A DNA stretch of 64,000 nucleotides from a virus, in the IMG/VR virus record IMGVR_UViG_3300018875_000005, positions 4,134-68,133 of that record; one strand, written 5' to 3'. Under the pieces are notes generated by a model. It searched no databases and was not told the DNA's origin. It was given only the letters and a program-made list of their open reading frames with translations. Made by a program: the position numbers and the translations under genes. Below are positions 53,426 to 63,291 of the stretch, piece by piece; the stretch's first letter is position 1, and each line of letters begins with the position of its first letter.

Positions 53426-53857
53426 ATGCCCGAAACCGCCCGCATCCTCCGCGCCGCCGCCCAAAACCTCACCTGGCGCGGACTCCACACCGGCGACCAG
53501 TTCGCCTCCCCCACCGGCGCCCTCGACGTCTGCGCCGCCATCTACACCGCCGCCCACGGCACGATCCCGCACGAGTTCCACACCGACGAGGTCGCCTCCA
53601 TCGCCCTCATCGAGGCCAGCGCCCCCGCCATGGCCGCCATCCGGGCCGTCTCCGCCTCCCTGGAGAGCGAGCCCTGCACCACCGAAATCTGCCCCGGCCA
53701 CGAGGTGCCCGACTACATCGAGCACGTCTCCAACTGGGCCGCCACCGCCCCCATCAACCACACCGAGCCGCCGACCGAGTCCGAGGTCATCGGCCGCCTC
53801 TACCGGCTCTCCCACCAGCTCGCCGCCACCGTCCCGCCCCAGCGGCCCGCCGCCTGA
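53426..53857 (+). CDS. DUF6197-like protein
   Basis: GALDVCAAIYTAA, VSNWAAT, SEVIGRL. Confidence 0.7.
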   Translation: MPETARILRAAAQNLTWRGLHTGDQFASPTGALDVCAAIYTAAHGTIPHEFHTDEVASIALIEASAPAMAAIRAVSASLESEPCTTEICPGHEVPDYIEHVSNWAATAPINHTEPPTESEVIGRLYRLSHQLAATVPPQRPAA

Positions 53858-53896
53858 CCACCCGCCCGCCCCACGACACCGACCGGAGCACCCGCC

Positions 53897-54238
53897 ATGA
53901 CCACCACGACCATCGCCCGCGCCCACGGCACCAACGACCGCCCCGACGCCTTCTACGCCGGCTACGCCGACGCCTACGACGAGCACCAGCCCGACACCAC
54001 GCTCGACATGCTGTCCGCCCGCCTGGAGACGTTCCTGGACAACCTGACGCCGAACAGCCCGGACGCCTTCCACTACCTGCTCGGCTACAGCGCCGCCTAC
54101 GTGCAGATGAAGCTGGGCGAGGAGGCGGTCGTCGAGGCCGAGGAGACGCTGGCCTACGAGGACCGCGCCGCGCAGCACCGCGCCCAGGCCTCCGCCGAGA
54201 TCGCTGCCTACCGCGCCGAGGCCGGTGAGGACCGGTGA
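53897..54238 (+). CDS. Hypothetical protein
   Basis: RBS GGAG. Confidence 0.7.
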   Translation: MTTTTIARAHGTNDRPDAFYAGYADAYDEHQPDTTLDMLSARLETFLDNLTPNSPDAFHYLLGYSAAYVQMKLGEEAVVEAEETLAYEDRAAQHRAQASAEIAAYRAEAGEDR

Positions 54239-54654
54239 GCACCGTCTACATCACCCGCGGCCGGAAGTACCACACCGACGAGAAGTGCCCCCTCATGGTC
54301 GGCGGCGAGATGCTGTGGGACTTCGACAGTGAGGACTGGTGCCACATCGCCGGGTCCTACCGGCGAACCGCCCCCACCGCGTGGTACGCGGCAGCCTGCG
54401 GCAAGCTTCCCTGCCTCGGCTGCGTCCCCGACGAACTGCGCGCCTTCCCGCCACTGCACGGCCAGACCTTCGGTCACAAGCCGGTCAGCTTCTTCGGCGG
54501 CTCGCTCGTCTGTGCCCGCTGTGAGCAGACAGCATCCCAATCCTGGATCGACGAGTTCGACACCCCGCACTACCGCAGTTGGTCCGAGCCCGTCCCGTGG
54601 CCCTGCACCAGCGCGATCGTCCTCGGCCTGGTCGAGCGGGGTGAGGACCGGTGA
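54235..54654 (+). CDS. Zinc-binding hypothetical protein
   Basis: YHTDEKC, PCLGC, CARC, WPCTSA. Confidence 0.7.
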   Translation: MSTVYITRGRKYHTDEKCPLMVGGEMLWDFDSEDWCHIAGSYRRTAPTAWYAAACGKLPCLGCVPDELRAFPPLHGQTFGHKPVSFFGGSLVCARCEQTASQSWIDEFDTPHYRSWSEPVPWPCTSAIVLGLVERGEDR

Positions 54655-55061
54655 GCGCCCGCATCCTGCCCCTGCGCCCCCGCCGCGGCGTCGACCTCAC
54701 CAAGACCCCCGAGCAGTGCTGGCACGAGCCCCACAACTACCCGGACCTCCGCGAACACGCCGCCACCGCCGCCCTGGTCGCTGGCTCCCTGGGCTTTGAC
54801 GCCCCCTTCCAGAGGTGGACCGGCCTGTCCGACGGCCGCGCCATCTGCCTCCTGCCCGGCGGCACCCGCCTCCTCTACACCCCCACCCGCACCTCGTCCG
54901 GGTCCAGCCTCACCGCCTACCGGCTCTGCGACCGCGGCTGCTGGCACGCCCAGGCCGTGCCCACCCCCGACCACCTGGCCGCCCTCACCAGCACCACGCC
55001 CGTGTGCGACGCGCACATCCCCCACCTGACCCTCATCCCCAGCGGAGGCACCGTCGCATGA
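54651..55061 (+). CDS. Hypothetical protein
   Basis: GTGA overlap. Confidence 0.65.
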   Translation: MSARILPLRPRRGVDLTKTPEQCWHEPHNYPDLREHAATAALVAGSLGFDAPFQRWTGLSDGRAICLLPGGTRLLYTPTRTSSGSSLTAYRLCDRGCWHAQAVPTPDHLAALTSTTPVCDAHIPHLTLIPSGGTVA

Positions 55062-55369
55062 CCTCCTCCCACGACCCGGCCTACGTCGCCGCCCTCGCCG
55101 ACCAGCTCCAGCACGCCACCGAGTTCCGCGTCCCCTGCGGCCAAGACCCCGACCTCCTCGTCATCCGCGACCCCGACGGAGACGGCTGGGCCATCGCCGA
55201 CAGCGCCGACCCGGAGCAGGTGTGGCTCGGCACCTGGTGGACCTTCCGCAGCCACCCCGCCTGCGACAACCCCTACCGCTTCACCCGCGAGCAAGCCCTC
55301 ACCGAGGCCCTGCGCCTCGCCAACCGCCCCGTCTACCAGCCCATCAAGGAGAACCCCAGCCATGGCTGA
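55058..55369 (+). CDS. Hypothetical protein
   Basis: ATGA overlap. Confidence 0.65.
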   Translation: MTSSHDPAYVAALADQLQHATEFRVPCGQDPDLLVIRDPDGDGWAIADSADPEQVWLGTWWTFRSHPACDNPYRFTREQALTEALRLANRPVYQPIKENPSHG

Positions 55370-56114
55370 CCAGAGCGCCATCGAATGGACCGAGGCCACC
55401 TGGAACCCCACCACCGGATGCGACCGCATCTCGGCCGGCTGTGACAACTGTTATGCCCTGACCCTGGCCAAACGGCTGAAGGCGATGGGCTCACCGAAGT
55501 ACCAGAACGACGGCGACTCTCGTACCTCCGGTCCCGGCTTCGGCGTCACCACCCACTCGGACGCGCTGGACGTGCCCTACGGCTGGAAGAGTCCACGGAC
55601 GGTGTTCGTCAACTCCATGTCGGACCTGTTCCACGCCCGCGTTCCGCTGGCGTTCGTCCGCCAGGTCTTCGCCGTCATGGCCGACACCCCGCAGCACACC
55701 TACCAGGTGCTCACCAAGCGGGCCCGCCGGCTGCGGCAGATCGCCCACCTCCTGGAGTGGCCGCCCAATCTGTGGATGGGCGTTTCGGTCGAGTCCGAGA
55801 CCGAACTCTCCAGAGTGGACGACCTGCGGCAGGTTCCGGCCGCAGTGCGGTTCCTGTCCTGCGAGCCGCTGCTGGGACCGCTGACAGGGCTGGACCTCAC
55901 CGGGATCGGCTGGGTCATCGTCGGCGGCGAGTCCGGCCCCAAGGCCCGACCCATGGACCTGGGCTGGGCGTCACAGGTCGTCCGGCAGTGTCAGCGGTCC
56001 CAGGTCCCCGTGTTCATGAAGCAGCTCGGCTCCCGCTGGGGCAAGCCGCACAAGGACATCGACCAGTTCCCGGTCGGCCTCCGCGTCCGCCAGTTCCCGC
56101 AGGAGGCCCGCTGA
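55362..56114 (+). CDS. DUF5131 / phage Gp37-Gp68 radical-SAM-like protein
   Basis: IEWTEATWNPTTGC..IS.GCDNCYA, FVNSMSDLFH, LTKR, FLSCEPLL, WVIVGGESG. Confidence 0.92.
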   Translation: MADQSAIEWTEATWNPTTGCDRISAGCDNCYALTLAKRLKAMGSPKYQNDGDSRTSGPGFGVTTHSDALDVPYGWKSPRTVFVNSMSDLFHARVPLAFVRQVFAVMADTPQHTYQVLTKRARRLRQIAHLLEWPPNLWMGVSVESETELSRVDDLRQVPAAVRFLSCEPLLGPLTGLDLTGIGWVIVGGESGPKARPMDLGWASQVVRQCQRSQVPVFMKQLGSRWGKPHKDIDQFPVGLRVRQFPQEAR

Positions 56115-56329
56115 TGGCGTCCGCGAACACCCGCCGGCCGCTCGACCCGAGCTGGTTCGAAGCCATCCACACCGAACCCGGCGACCTCGACGACTGGGAC
56201 GTGGCCAGCCTCCTCCGCTGCAAACGCTGCGCCTCCACCATCACCCCCCACGCCGCATCGCCGACCCTCGCCGACCTCAACGCCGCGGCCACCGCCCACC
56301 ACTGCCTCAACCCCCAGGAGACCTCATGA
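56114..56329 (+). CDS. Small zinc-binding hypothetical protein
   Basis: CKRC...HHC. Confidence 0.6.
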   Translation: MASANTRRPLDPSWFEAIHTEPGDLDDWDVASLLRCKRCASTITPHAASPTLADLNAAATAHHCLNPQETS

Positions 56330-57036
56330 CCGGCTACATCCCGCCCGCCATCAACGCCATGGTGCAGCGCCTCCAGCAGGCCACCGGGCACACCCCCACC
56401 GTCACCCAGCCGTGCAGCACCGTCCGCCACCTCGAACTCAGCAACGACCGCGTCACCCTCACCATCGACTACCGCCGAAACAGCCGCGGCAAGTGGTGCT
56501 GGATCGACTCCAAGCTGTACATCGACGGACGCGAGCGGCCCAAAGCCCAGGGATTCGACGACTTCGTCAGGATCTGGGGCGACCCCGACGGCACCAACAC
56601 CCCCCAGGCCGAGCCCGTGACGCTGCCCGAGGTCACCCCTCTGCCCGACGACACCGAACTGCCCGCCGCCATCGAGCACCTGCGCAGCATCATCCGGGGC
56701 AGCCAGGCCGACGACGACCGCAACTACATCGGGCAGACCGACGACGGCTACACCCTCGTCCTCCAGGGCACCAAGGGCACCGCCCACCTGTACTTCACCC
56801 GGACCGGGAAGGGCGAGTTCAGCTACGGCCTCGACCCGCAGACCCCGTTCCGGTTCGTCGACCACGACGGGATCGAGCGCACGGACGAGTGCAACGGCCA
56901 GCTTGAGGTGCTGCTGGAGATGTTCCTCGGCGCGAGTCGGGTCGTGCCCGGCCCCACACCGTCCATCGGGCGGCCCCGGCAGGCCGCGGCCGTGAACTCG
57001 GTGACCGTCCGCCGCTCCACCGTCATCCGCGTCTGA
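56326..57036 (+). CDS. Hypothetical protein
   Basis: ATGA overlap, good codon bias. Confidence 0.7.
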   Translation: MTGYIPPAINAMVQRLQQATGHTPTVTQPCSTVRHLELSNDRVTLTIDYRRNSRGKWCWIDSKLYIDGRERPKAQGFDDFVRIWGDPDGTNTPQAEPVTLPEVTPLPDDTELPAAIEHLRSIIRGSQADDDRNYIGQTDDGYTLVLQGTKGTAHLYFTRTGKGEFSYGLDPQTPFRFVDHDGIERTDECNGQLEVLLEMFLGASRVVPGPTPSIGRPRQAAAVNSVTVRRSTVIRV

Positions 57037-57056
57037 GAACCCACGGGAGGCCCCTC

Positions 57057-57509
57057 ATGACCGCGCTCACCACTGAGTCGTTGGCCGTCACCCGGCCCCG
57101 GCACTGGCGCATCGCACTGCCCGCCGGGACGTTCCTCCTCAACGACAACCAGCGCCTCCACTTCCGGCGCAAGGCCGAGTACATCGACCTCATCCGCCGC
57201 GCCGCCGGGTTCGCCGCCCGCGCCGCGAAGGTGCCGACGCTGGAGAAGGCCCACGTCTTCTACATCGTCTGCCCCAAGCCCGGCACCCGGCGCCGCGACC
57301 CCGGCAACTGGTCCCCCTCCGCCAAGGCCGCCATCGACGGCCTGGTGGACGCCGGAGTCCTGCCCGACGACGACTCCACCCGGCTCCTCGGCCCCGACCC
57401 CCGCCTCGGCCCGCCGGTCAAGGGCTCCCAGCTCGTCCTGGTCGTCACCGACCTGACCGCCATGGCCCCCGACCACCTCGCCCTCCTCAACCCGCCCGGA
57501 GACCTCTGA
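57057..57509 (+). CDS. RusA-like Holliday junction resolvase
   Basis: RRRDPGNWSPSAKAAIDGLVDAGVLPDDD. Confidence 0.8.
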   Translation: MTALTTESLAVTRPRHWRIALPAGTFLLNDNQRLHFRRKAEYIDLIRRAAGFAARAAKVPTLEKAHVFYIVCPKPGTRRRDPGNWSPSAKAAIDGLVDAGVLPDDDSTRLLGPDPRLGPPVKGSQLVLVVTDLTAMAPDHLALLNPPGDL

Positions 57510-58285
57510 TGCCCGCTGCTGCCCTCACGCCCCTGCGCCGGCCGGACTGGCGCGACCGCGCCAACTGCGCCACCACCGACCCCGCCTGGTGGGACGACGG
57601 GAACCTCCGCGGCAAGACCCTCTGCCTCAAATGCCCCGTCCTCGCCGACTGCCTCACCAGCGCCCTCGCCAGCGAAGGCGACACCGCCGACGGCCGCACC
57701 GGCACCCGCGGCGGACTCACCGGCCCCGAACGCAACGAACTGCACCTCGACCAGACCCTCCTGGATCTGCCCGGCGGCTGGGACGCCGAGGAAGCCCGCA
57801 TCATCGCCCTCGAAGCCGCCGCCACCGGCCGCAGCACCGAGGACATCGCCCAGGAGGAAGGCGCCGGACCCCTCACGGCCCGCCTCGCCGCCCGCCTCCT
57901 GGGCCGCGCACCCGAACCCGCCACGCTCATCGCCGGCCGCCGCCTCGCCGCCACCCACGAACCCGTCATCCGACACATGCACAGCCGGCGCTGCTCCCTG
58001 GGCACCATCAGCGCCCGCCTCGGCGTGCGAGTGCCCGTCGCGCGGGCCGCCCTCGACGCCCTCGGACTCGAACCGGTCGACCCCCGGGCCACCTCCCTGA
58101 CCGAGCAGATCCTGGAACGCAGCGACGAACTCCTCGCGCTGCGGAACCGCGGCCTGTCCCTGGAGGAATGCGCCCGGGAGATGGGGTCCACCAAGAAGGT
58201 CGTGCGGGCCGCGTGGGAGAGGATCCGCAGGAACACCACCCCGGCCGCCCAGCAGGCCGTGGCAGGGCTGGAGCTGGCGTCATGA
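57509..58285 (+). CDS. whiB: WhiB-family regulator with C-terminal HTH
   Basis: WRDRANC...CLKCPVLADC...GTRGGLT.PER; GLSLEECAREMG. Confidence 0.85.
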   Translation: MPAAALTPLRRPDWRDRANCATTDPAWWDDGNLRGKTLCLKCPVLADCLTSALASEGDTADGRTGTRGGLTGPERNELHLDQTLLDLPGGWDAEEARIIALEAAATGRSTEDIAQEEGAGPLTARLAARLLGRAPEPATLIAGRRLAATHEPVIRHMHSRRCSLGTISARLGVRVPVARAALDALGLEPVDPRATSLTEQILERSDELLALRNRGLSLEECAREMGSTKKVVRAAWERIRRNTTPAAQQAVAGLELAS

Positions 58286-58842
58286 CCCCCCGCACCGCCA
58301 CCCAGCGCGGCGACCTCGCCGAAGAGGTGCTGCCCGTCGCCGCCCACCTCTCCCTCCTCGTCCACGGCGACGGCGGCGACCGCGACATCCAGCAGGCCAT
58401 CGCCCGCCTCGACGCCGCCCAGCGCGACGCCCTCATCGTCGTCCTGGCCGCCCTCGCCGACCCCGACCGGCCCCTGGGCGCGCTGCTGGGCTGGGTGGAC
58501 TTCGACGAGCGGGGCCGGCCCGCGGAGCCGGACCTGGACGACCGGACCACGCTGCGGCAGATCGCCGACGAGTACCCGCTGTGGGCCGACGGGCCGGACA
58601 TCGACGAGGTCGCGGTCCGCCGGGCGCTGACCGGGGAGCCGGTGCCGCTGACGCCGCGGGAGCGGACCCGCGCGGTGGAGGTCGGGATCCTCCGTGGCCT
58701 GAGCTATGGCGGCGTGGCCGACGCGCTCGGCATGACCCGCGCGGCCGTCGAGAAGTCGTGGGACCGGACGAAGAAGAAGCGCCGGGCGGCCGGCCTGCCG
58801 GTGCCCGAGATCCCGGTCAACGAGATCCGCGACGCCTCCTGA
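58282..58842 (+). CDS. Hypothetical protein with C-terminal sigma-region-4-like HTH
   Basis: IDEVAVRRAL...LTPRER...GLSYGGVADALG. Confidence 0.7.
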   Translation: MTPRTATQRGDLAEEVLPVAAHLSLLVHGDGGDRDIQQAIARLDAAQRDALIVVLAALADPDRPLGALLGWVDFDERGRPAEPDLDDRTTLRQIADEYPLWADGPDIDEVAVRRALTGEPVPLTPRERTRAVEVGILRGLSYGGVADALGMTRAAVEKSWDRTKKKRRAAGLPVPEIPVNEIRDAS

Positions 58843-58884
58843 CCCCCGTACCCCGTACACCCAACCCATCCGAAGGAGACCAGC

Positions 58885-59391
58885 ATGGCTGGAGAGTGTG
58901 TGATCACTGTTGTCGGCAACCTCGTCGACGACCCCGAACTGCGTTTCACCCCCGACGGGGCTGCGGTGGCGAAGTTCCGTGTCGCGTCCACCCCGCGCAC
59001 CTTCGACCGGCAGACCAACGAGTGGAAGGACGGCGAGTCCCTGTTCCTGACCTGCTCGGTGTGGCGGAAGCAGGCTGAGAACGTCGCCGATTCCCTGGTG
59101 AAGGGGGCGCGGGTCATCGTGCAGGGCCGGTTGAAGCAGCGGTCGTACGAGGACCGGGAGGGCGTCAAGCGCACGGTGGTGGAGCTGGACGTGGACGAGG
59201 TTGGGGTGAGTCTGCGGAATGCGACGGCGCGGGTGACGAAGGCCGGTTCGGGTGGTGGGGGTCGGGAGGCGTTCGCGCAGGCCCGGCAGCGGTCCGCGCC
59301 GGGTGATCCGTGGGCCGCAGGCCAGTCGCCGCAGTCGGGCGGGTGGGGCGGTGGTCAGGGCGGCGCCGCGGATGAGCCGCCGCCGTTCTGA
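58885..59391 (+). CDS. ssb: Single-stranded DNA-binding protein
   Basis: [38 protein letters not shown] tail. Confidence 0.95.
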   Translation: MAGECVITVVGNLVDDPELRFTPDGAAVAKFRVASTPRTFDRQTNEWKDGESLFLTCSVWRKQAENVADSLVKGARVIVQGRLKQRSYEDREGVKRTVVELDVDEVGVSLRNATARVTKAGSGGGGREAFAQARQRSAPGDPWAAGQSPQSGGWGGGQGGAADEPPPF

Positions 59392-59459
59392 CGGTGCCGC
59401 TGGTGGAGGCCCGGTCCTGGTGTGGGGCCGGGCCTTCGCCGTGTCTGGTCGCAGCACAC

Positions 59460-59503
59460 ATCCCTATTCGTATTGCGTACGCACTACCAACAGGGGTATG
59501 GTG
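59460..59503 (+). promoter_or_regulatory. Early promoter/operator copy B
   Basis: TTGCGT-N18-TATGGT, near-identical to 52815-52858. Confidence 0.85.
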
Positions 59504-59625
59504 AGACCACCGCCCCCCACTCCCGAACGGGCCGTCCGGCCGTCCCTCCCGACGAGGGGACCACTCCCGCGAGTGGATCGCAGCCGGCCGGGCGGCCCAC
59601 CCAAGCCAGCGCTCCGGAGGCACCC

Positions 59626-59796
59626 ATGGCCCGCCGCAAGCCCCGATCTCCCGGCGTCATGCTCCGAGGCCGCGCCGCCGGCCTCCACTACTGGGACGAC
59701 GAAGTCACCGCCGACGGCGGCAAGATCCGCCTCCGCCGCGAGCGGGCCGCATTCCAGCAGTCCTTGCTCACCGAGTACGGCATCACCACCGGCTGA
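59626..59796 (+). CDS. Small hypothetical protein
   Basis: RBS GGAGG. Confidence 0.6.
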   Translation: MARRKPRSPGVMLRGRAAGLHYWDDEVTADGGKIRLRRERAAFQQSLLTEYGITTG

Positions 59797-59852
59797 ACGC
59801 CCGCCGCTGCCCGCACCCCGTCCAGCACCCGTTCCGAGAGGACACCCCTGCC

Positions 59853-60278
59853 ATGACCGACACCATCGCCACCAGCCCGGTCCGCTGCCCGCACGCCGAC
59901 TGCCTCTGGGAGCTGGACGGCATCCCGGACCACTGCCCCACCGCCCGCGACTGGCACCTGGCCGCGCACCAGGCCGAGGCGCACGGCGTGCCGATGACCG
60001 CCGAGCAGATCGCCCTCGGCCACGCCATGGGCTACACGGTGGCCGCGGACGAGCGGCAGCTCACCCCGGACAACCTCGAAGAGGTCGACGGCTGGCTCGA
60101 CCGGGCCGACCAGTTCGCCAAGCCGTACTGGGAGACCGTGGACGGCCGTCTGACCGTCACCGGACTGCGGATCGGCTCCGGGGTCGGCCGGACCGTCGCC
60201 CGCTTCGGCGACACGATCGTCCGCCACCCCGACGGCACGCACACCGTCCGCCGCGACACCGAGGCGGGTGCCCGATGA
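59853..60278 (+). CDS. Hypothetical protein
   Basis: RBS GAGG; CPHADC...H...H, ARFGDTIVR. Confidence 0.7.
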   Translation: MTDTIATSPVRCPHADCLWELDGIPDHCPTARDWHLAAHQAEAHGVPMTAEQIALGHAMGYTVAADERQLTPDNLEEVDGWLDRADQFAKPYWETVDGRLTVTGLRIGSGVGRTVARFGDTIVRHPDGTHTVRRDTEAGAR

Positions 60279-61222
60279 GCGAGACCCCCACCCCCGCCCC
60301 GCTGGCGCCGGAGCGCGAGGCCCTGCCGGCCCCCGGCCGTGACGTGCACTCCGTGATCCTCGCGGCGCTGACCGAGTACGCGAAGACGTGCGGCCCGGTG
60401 GACGTCGCTGAGCACCGCGTCCGCGACTACATGGCCGAGTGCGTCGCCGAGAAGCTGACCGAAGCGGGCTTCCCCGCCCACCTCGGACACCTGGAGCAGG
60501 TGCAGGCCGAGCTGGACGCCGAGCGCGAGCGGTCGGAGAAGCGCCGCAAGCGCATGGCCGCGGCCGAGGGCGACCTCCAGGACATCCGCGGCCTGCTGGC
60601 CCCGTCCGGTGCCCCGCGCAGGGTGCCGATGGAGCTGGGGGAGCGGGTGGCTCCGGCGGTGGAGTGGCTGCTGGCCGAGGTGGAGCGGCTGCGGGGCGTG
60701 GTGGACATGCAGTCCTCCTCGATGACCGCTCTGAGCCGCGAGCTGGAGACCTACCAGCGTCTGGAGTCGGAGCGCGAGGGCAACCAGCGGGTGGATCAGT
60801 CCCTCGCGGCGGTCGCGAATCGGCGGGTTGCCGAGCTGAACCGCGAGGTGGAGCGGCTGCGGGCCCGTGCCACCGAGCTGGAGCAGCAGACCGACGCCGC
60901 CCGTGCCGTGCACCGCAAGCACGACGACTCCCCCCACTGCCGGCACGACGGCGAGCCGTGGCCGTGCCCGACCCTGACCGCGCTCGACGCCGCCGCCATG
61001 CAGCACCGCCCCGCCGAGTCTGCCCGCGCCCTCCCCGGCCGGGCCGCCCGCTGCGCCCGCCCCGGCTGCGGCCACTCCGGCGCCGACCACCACCACGCCA
61101 ACGCACGGTGCTGGGCGAACTTGCCCCGGGAGCGGAAGCCCAACGGCACGTGGGGCCCGATCCGGGTCTGCGAGTGCTCCGGCTTCACCGCCGACACCGG
61201 CGAGGCGGGGAAGCAGGGGTGA
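60275..61222 (+). CDS. Coiled-coil (Ead/Ea22-like) protein with zinc-binding C-terminus
   Basis: WLLAEVERLR repeats; CRHDGEPWPCPT; CARPGC...CEC. Confidence 0.65.
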   Translation: MSETPTPAPLAPEREALPAPGRDVHSVILAALTEYAKTCGPVDVAEHRVRDYMAECVAEKLTEAGFPAHLGHLEQVQAELDAERERSEKRRKRMAAAEGDLQDIRGLLAPSGAPRRVPMELGERVAPAVEWLLAEVERLRGVVDMQSSSMTALSRELETYQRLESEREGNQRVDQSLAAVANRRVAELNREVERLRARATELEQQTDAARAVHRKHDDSPHCRHDGEPWPCPTLTALDAAAMQHRPAESARALPGRAARCARPGCGHSGADHHHANARCWANLPRERKPNGTWGPIRVCECSGFTADTGEAGKQG

Positions 61223-61776
61223 CTCCCACCGCCGAGGTGCTGGTGCCCGGTGTGGTCGTGGACGAGACCCGCGACCTCGCCGGGCACCTGTCCACCGCCG
61301 TCCTCTCCGCCGACGGCGTCTACCGCTACCTCCTGACCCGCATCTGGCAGCCTGCCAGGCCCCTCGCCGTGTGGATCATGCTCAACCCGAGCACCGCCGA
61401 CGCCAACCACGACGACCCCACCCTCCGCCGCGTCACCACGTTCACCCGTCGCGCCGGCTGCGGCGGCCTTGCTGTCGTCAACCTCTACGCCCTCCGCTCC
61501 ACCGACCCCGCCGCCCTCCGCGACCACCCCGACCCCGTCGGGCCGCTGAACGACGCCTTCGTCCGCCGCGCCACCGCGGAGGCCGGGCTCGTCATCTGCG
61601 CCTGGGGCGGCTCCTTCCCCGCCCCCGACCGTGCCCAGGCCGTCACCCGGCTACTGGCCCGGACCGGCGCCCGGCTCCGCTGCCTTGGCACCACCACCAG
61701 CGGCCAACCGAAACACCCCGTCCGCCTCCCCAACGCGACCCCGCTCGTCCCGTACCACCCGGAGCCACACCCATGA
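61219..61776 (+). CDS. DUF1643 protein
   Basis: YRYLLTRIW, IMLNPSTAD, DDPTLRR, VVNLYALRSTDP, ICAWG, PKHP. Confidence 0.9.
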   Translation: MTPTAEVLVPGVVVDETRDLAGHLSTAVLSADGVYRYLLTRIWQPARPLAVWIMLNPSTADANHDDPTLRRVTTFTRRAGCGGLAVVNLYALRSTDPAALRDHPDPVGPLNDAFVRRATAEAGLVICAWGGSFPAPDRAQAVTRLLARTGARLRCLGTTTSGQPKHPVRLPNATPLVPYHPEPHP

Positions 61777-62135
61777 CCACCCCAACCCCGACCGGGCCCG
61801 CCCTCGACAACCGCGAACTCCACGTCCTCCAACGCCAAGCCGACGGCATCCCCCTCCGCGAAATCGCCGCCGAACTCCACCTGACCACCGGAGGAGTCGG
61901 CAACATCAACCGCGCCATCACCCGCAAACTCGGCGCCCGCAACATCACCAACGCCGTCCTCCTCGCTTGCCAGGCCGGCATCCTCGACGGCCGCCCCCGA
62001 CGCCACGGCGACCACGCCGGGTACGCCGCCCACCTGTACCGGGGTGAGGAGCCCTGCGCGGCGTGCTGGGCGGGTGAGCGCGCCTACCGGGCCGAACGCA
62101 GGCGGGCCAGGAAGACCCGCCGCAACGCAGCGTGA
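61773..62135 (+). CDS. LuxR-type HTH protein with C-terminal zinc motif
   Basis: RELHVLQRQADG...EIAAELHL...KLGARNITNAV; HG..GY..H...PCAAC. Confidence 0.8.
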   Translation: MTTPTPTGPALDNRELHVLQRQADGIPLREIAAELHLTTGGVGNINRAITRKLGARNITNAVLLACQAGILDGRPRRHGDHAGYAAHLYRGEEPCAACWAGERAYRAERRRARKTRRNAA

Positions 62136-62191
62136 CACCGGTCTCCGGAATCCCGGGCCGAGCAACTACCCACCGCAACAAAGGAGCCCCG

Positions 62192-63058
62192 ATGACCGAC
62201 CAGACCCCGTGCTGCTCCACCCGGCACTGCGCGGACCACGGATGGTGCCACCGCTGCAACCCCACGCTGGCCGAAGCGTCTCGCCATGTCCTCCGCGCCA
62301 TGGACGCCGCAGGCATCGCGCACGACGGCCGGGTGTACGCCGCTGTGATGGCCGCGATCGCCGGACGAACCCCAGGACCCGCCGTGATGCCCGTGGCCGA
62401 CGCCGAGCAAGCCGCCCTCGCCGCCCGCATCACCGCAGAACGCGACCGGGCCGCCACCGCCGCAGCCAACGCCCGCGACGAGAGCGTCGCCCGCGTCAAC
62501 GAGGGCATGGCCGCCGGACTCGACATCGCTCTCCGCATCCTCAACGCCCAGCCCGAACCTGCCGCGCCCGCCCCGGTCGACGAGGACCGCCGCACCCACG
62601 ACAGCGATGGCGCCTGCGTCCTCGACTGCCCGCCGGTCGGCGACCCGAGCCCGTGCCCGTGCACGCCCGGGGTTCTCGACCGCCGCCAGCGGTACGACCA
62701 CGCGCTCCGCACCACGCCCCGCGCCGACTGCATCGACTTCCCCCCGAACGGCCCGCACGGACCCGACGGCCACCGGTACGACGCCCGCTGCGCCCTGTGC
62801 ACCGGCGACACCGGAGCGCTCGCCGCCGACCTCCGCGAGCGACTGCGCAAGGCCGAGCAGGAGGCCAACGCCACGGCCACCGCAGCCGCTCACCTCACCA
62901 CCCTCGCCCGGCAGCGCGCCGAGCGGGCCGAGGCCGCCGTCAACCGTGCCCTCCGCCGCCTCGACACCTGGAAGCAACGCCTCCCCGAGACCGTGCGCAC
63001 CACCACCGTCATCGAAACCCTCCGCGCCGACCTCGCCACCGAGAGGACCCAGCCGTGA
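62192..63058 (+). CDS. Hypothetical mosaic Cys/coiled-coil protein
   Basis: RBS AAAGGAG; CSTRHC..HGWCHRC; CVLDC; CALC. Confidence 0.65.
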   Translation: MTDQTPCCSTRHCADHGWCHRCNPTLAEASRHVLRAMDAAGIAHDGRVYAAVMAAIAGRTPGPAVMPVADAEQAALAARITAERDRAATAAANARDESVARVNEGMAAGLDIALRILNAQPEPAAPAPVDEDRRTHDSDGACVLDCPPVGDPSPCPCTPGVLDRRQRYDHALRTTPRADCIDFPPNGPHGPDGHRYDARCALCTGDTGALAADLRERLRKAEQEANATATAAAHLTTLARQRAERAEAAVNRALRRLDTWKQRLPETVRTTTVIETLRADLATERTQP

Positions 63059-63291
63059 CCGACACCGACCTCGACCGCCAGCGCCACCAGCTCAGCGAGC
63101 TGATGTCCGCCATCTCCGAAGAGCGCTACGCCGCCGGCTGGCTCGACGGCCTGGACCGCCGCCTCCACGCCGAAGGCGGCCTGTGGGAGACCATCGGCCG
63201 CGCCATCGGCTGGCCCGTCGGCGACTACAAGCACTGGACGTGGATGTCGTGGAACGAAGCCGGACGGCAGTACAAGAAGGAGGGCCGATGA
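63055..63291 (+). CDS. Hypothetical protein
   Basis: GTGA overlap; MSAISEERYAAGW. Confidence 0.65.
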   Translation: MTDTDLDRQRHQLSELMSAISEERYAAGWLDGLDRRLHAEGGLWETIGRAIGWPVGDYKHWTWMSWNEAGRQYKKEGR

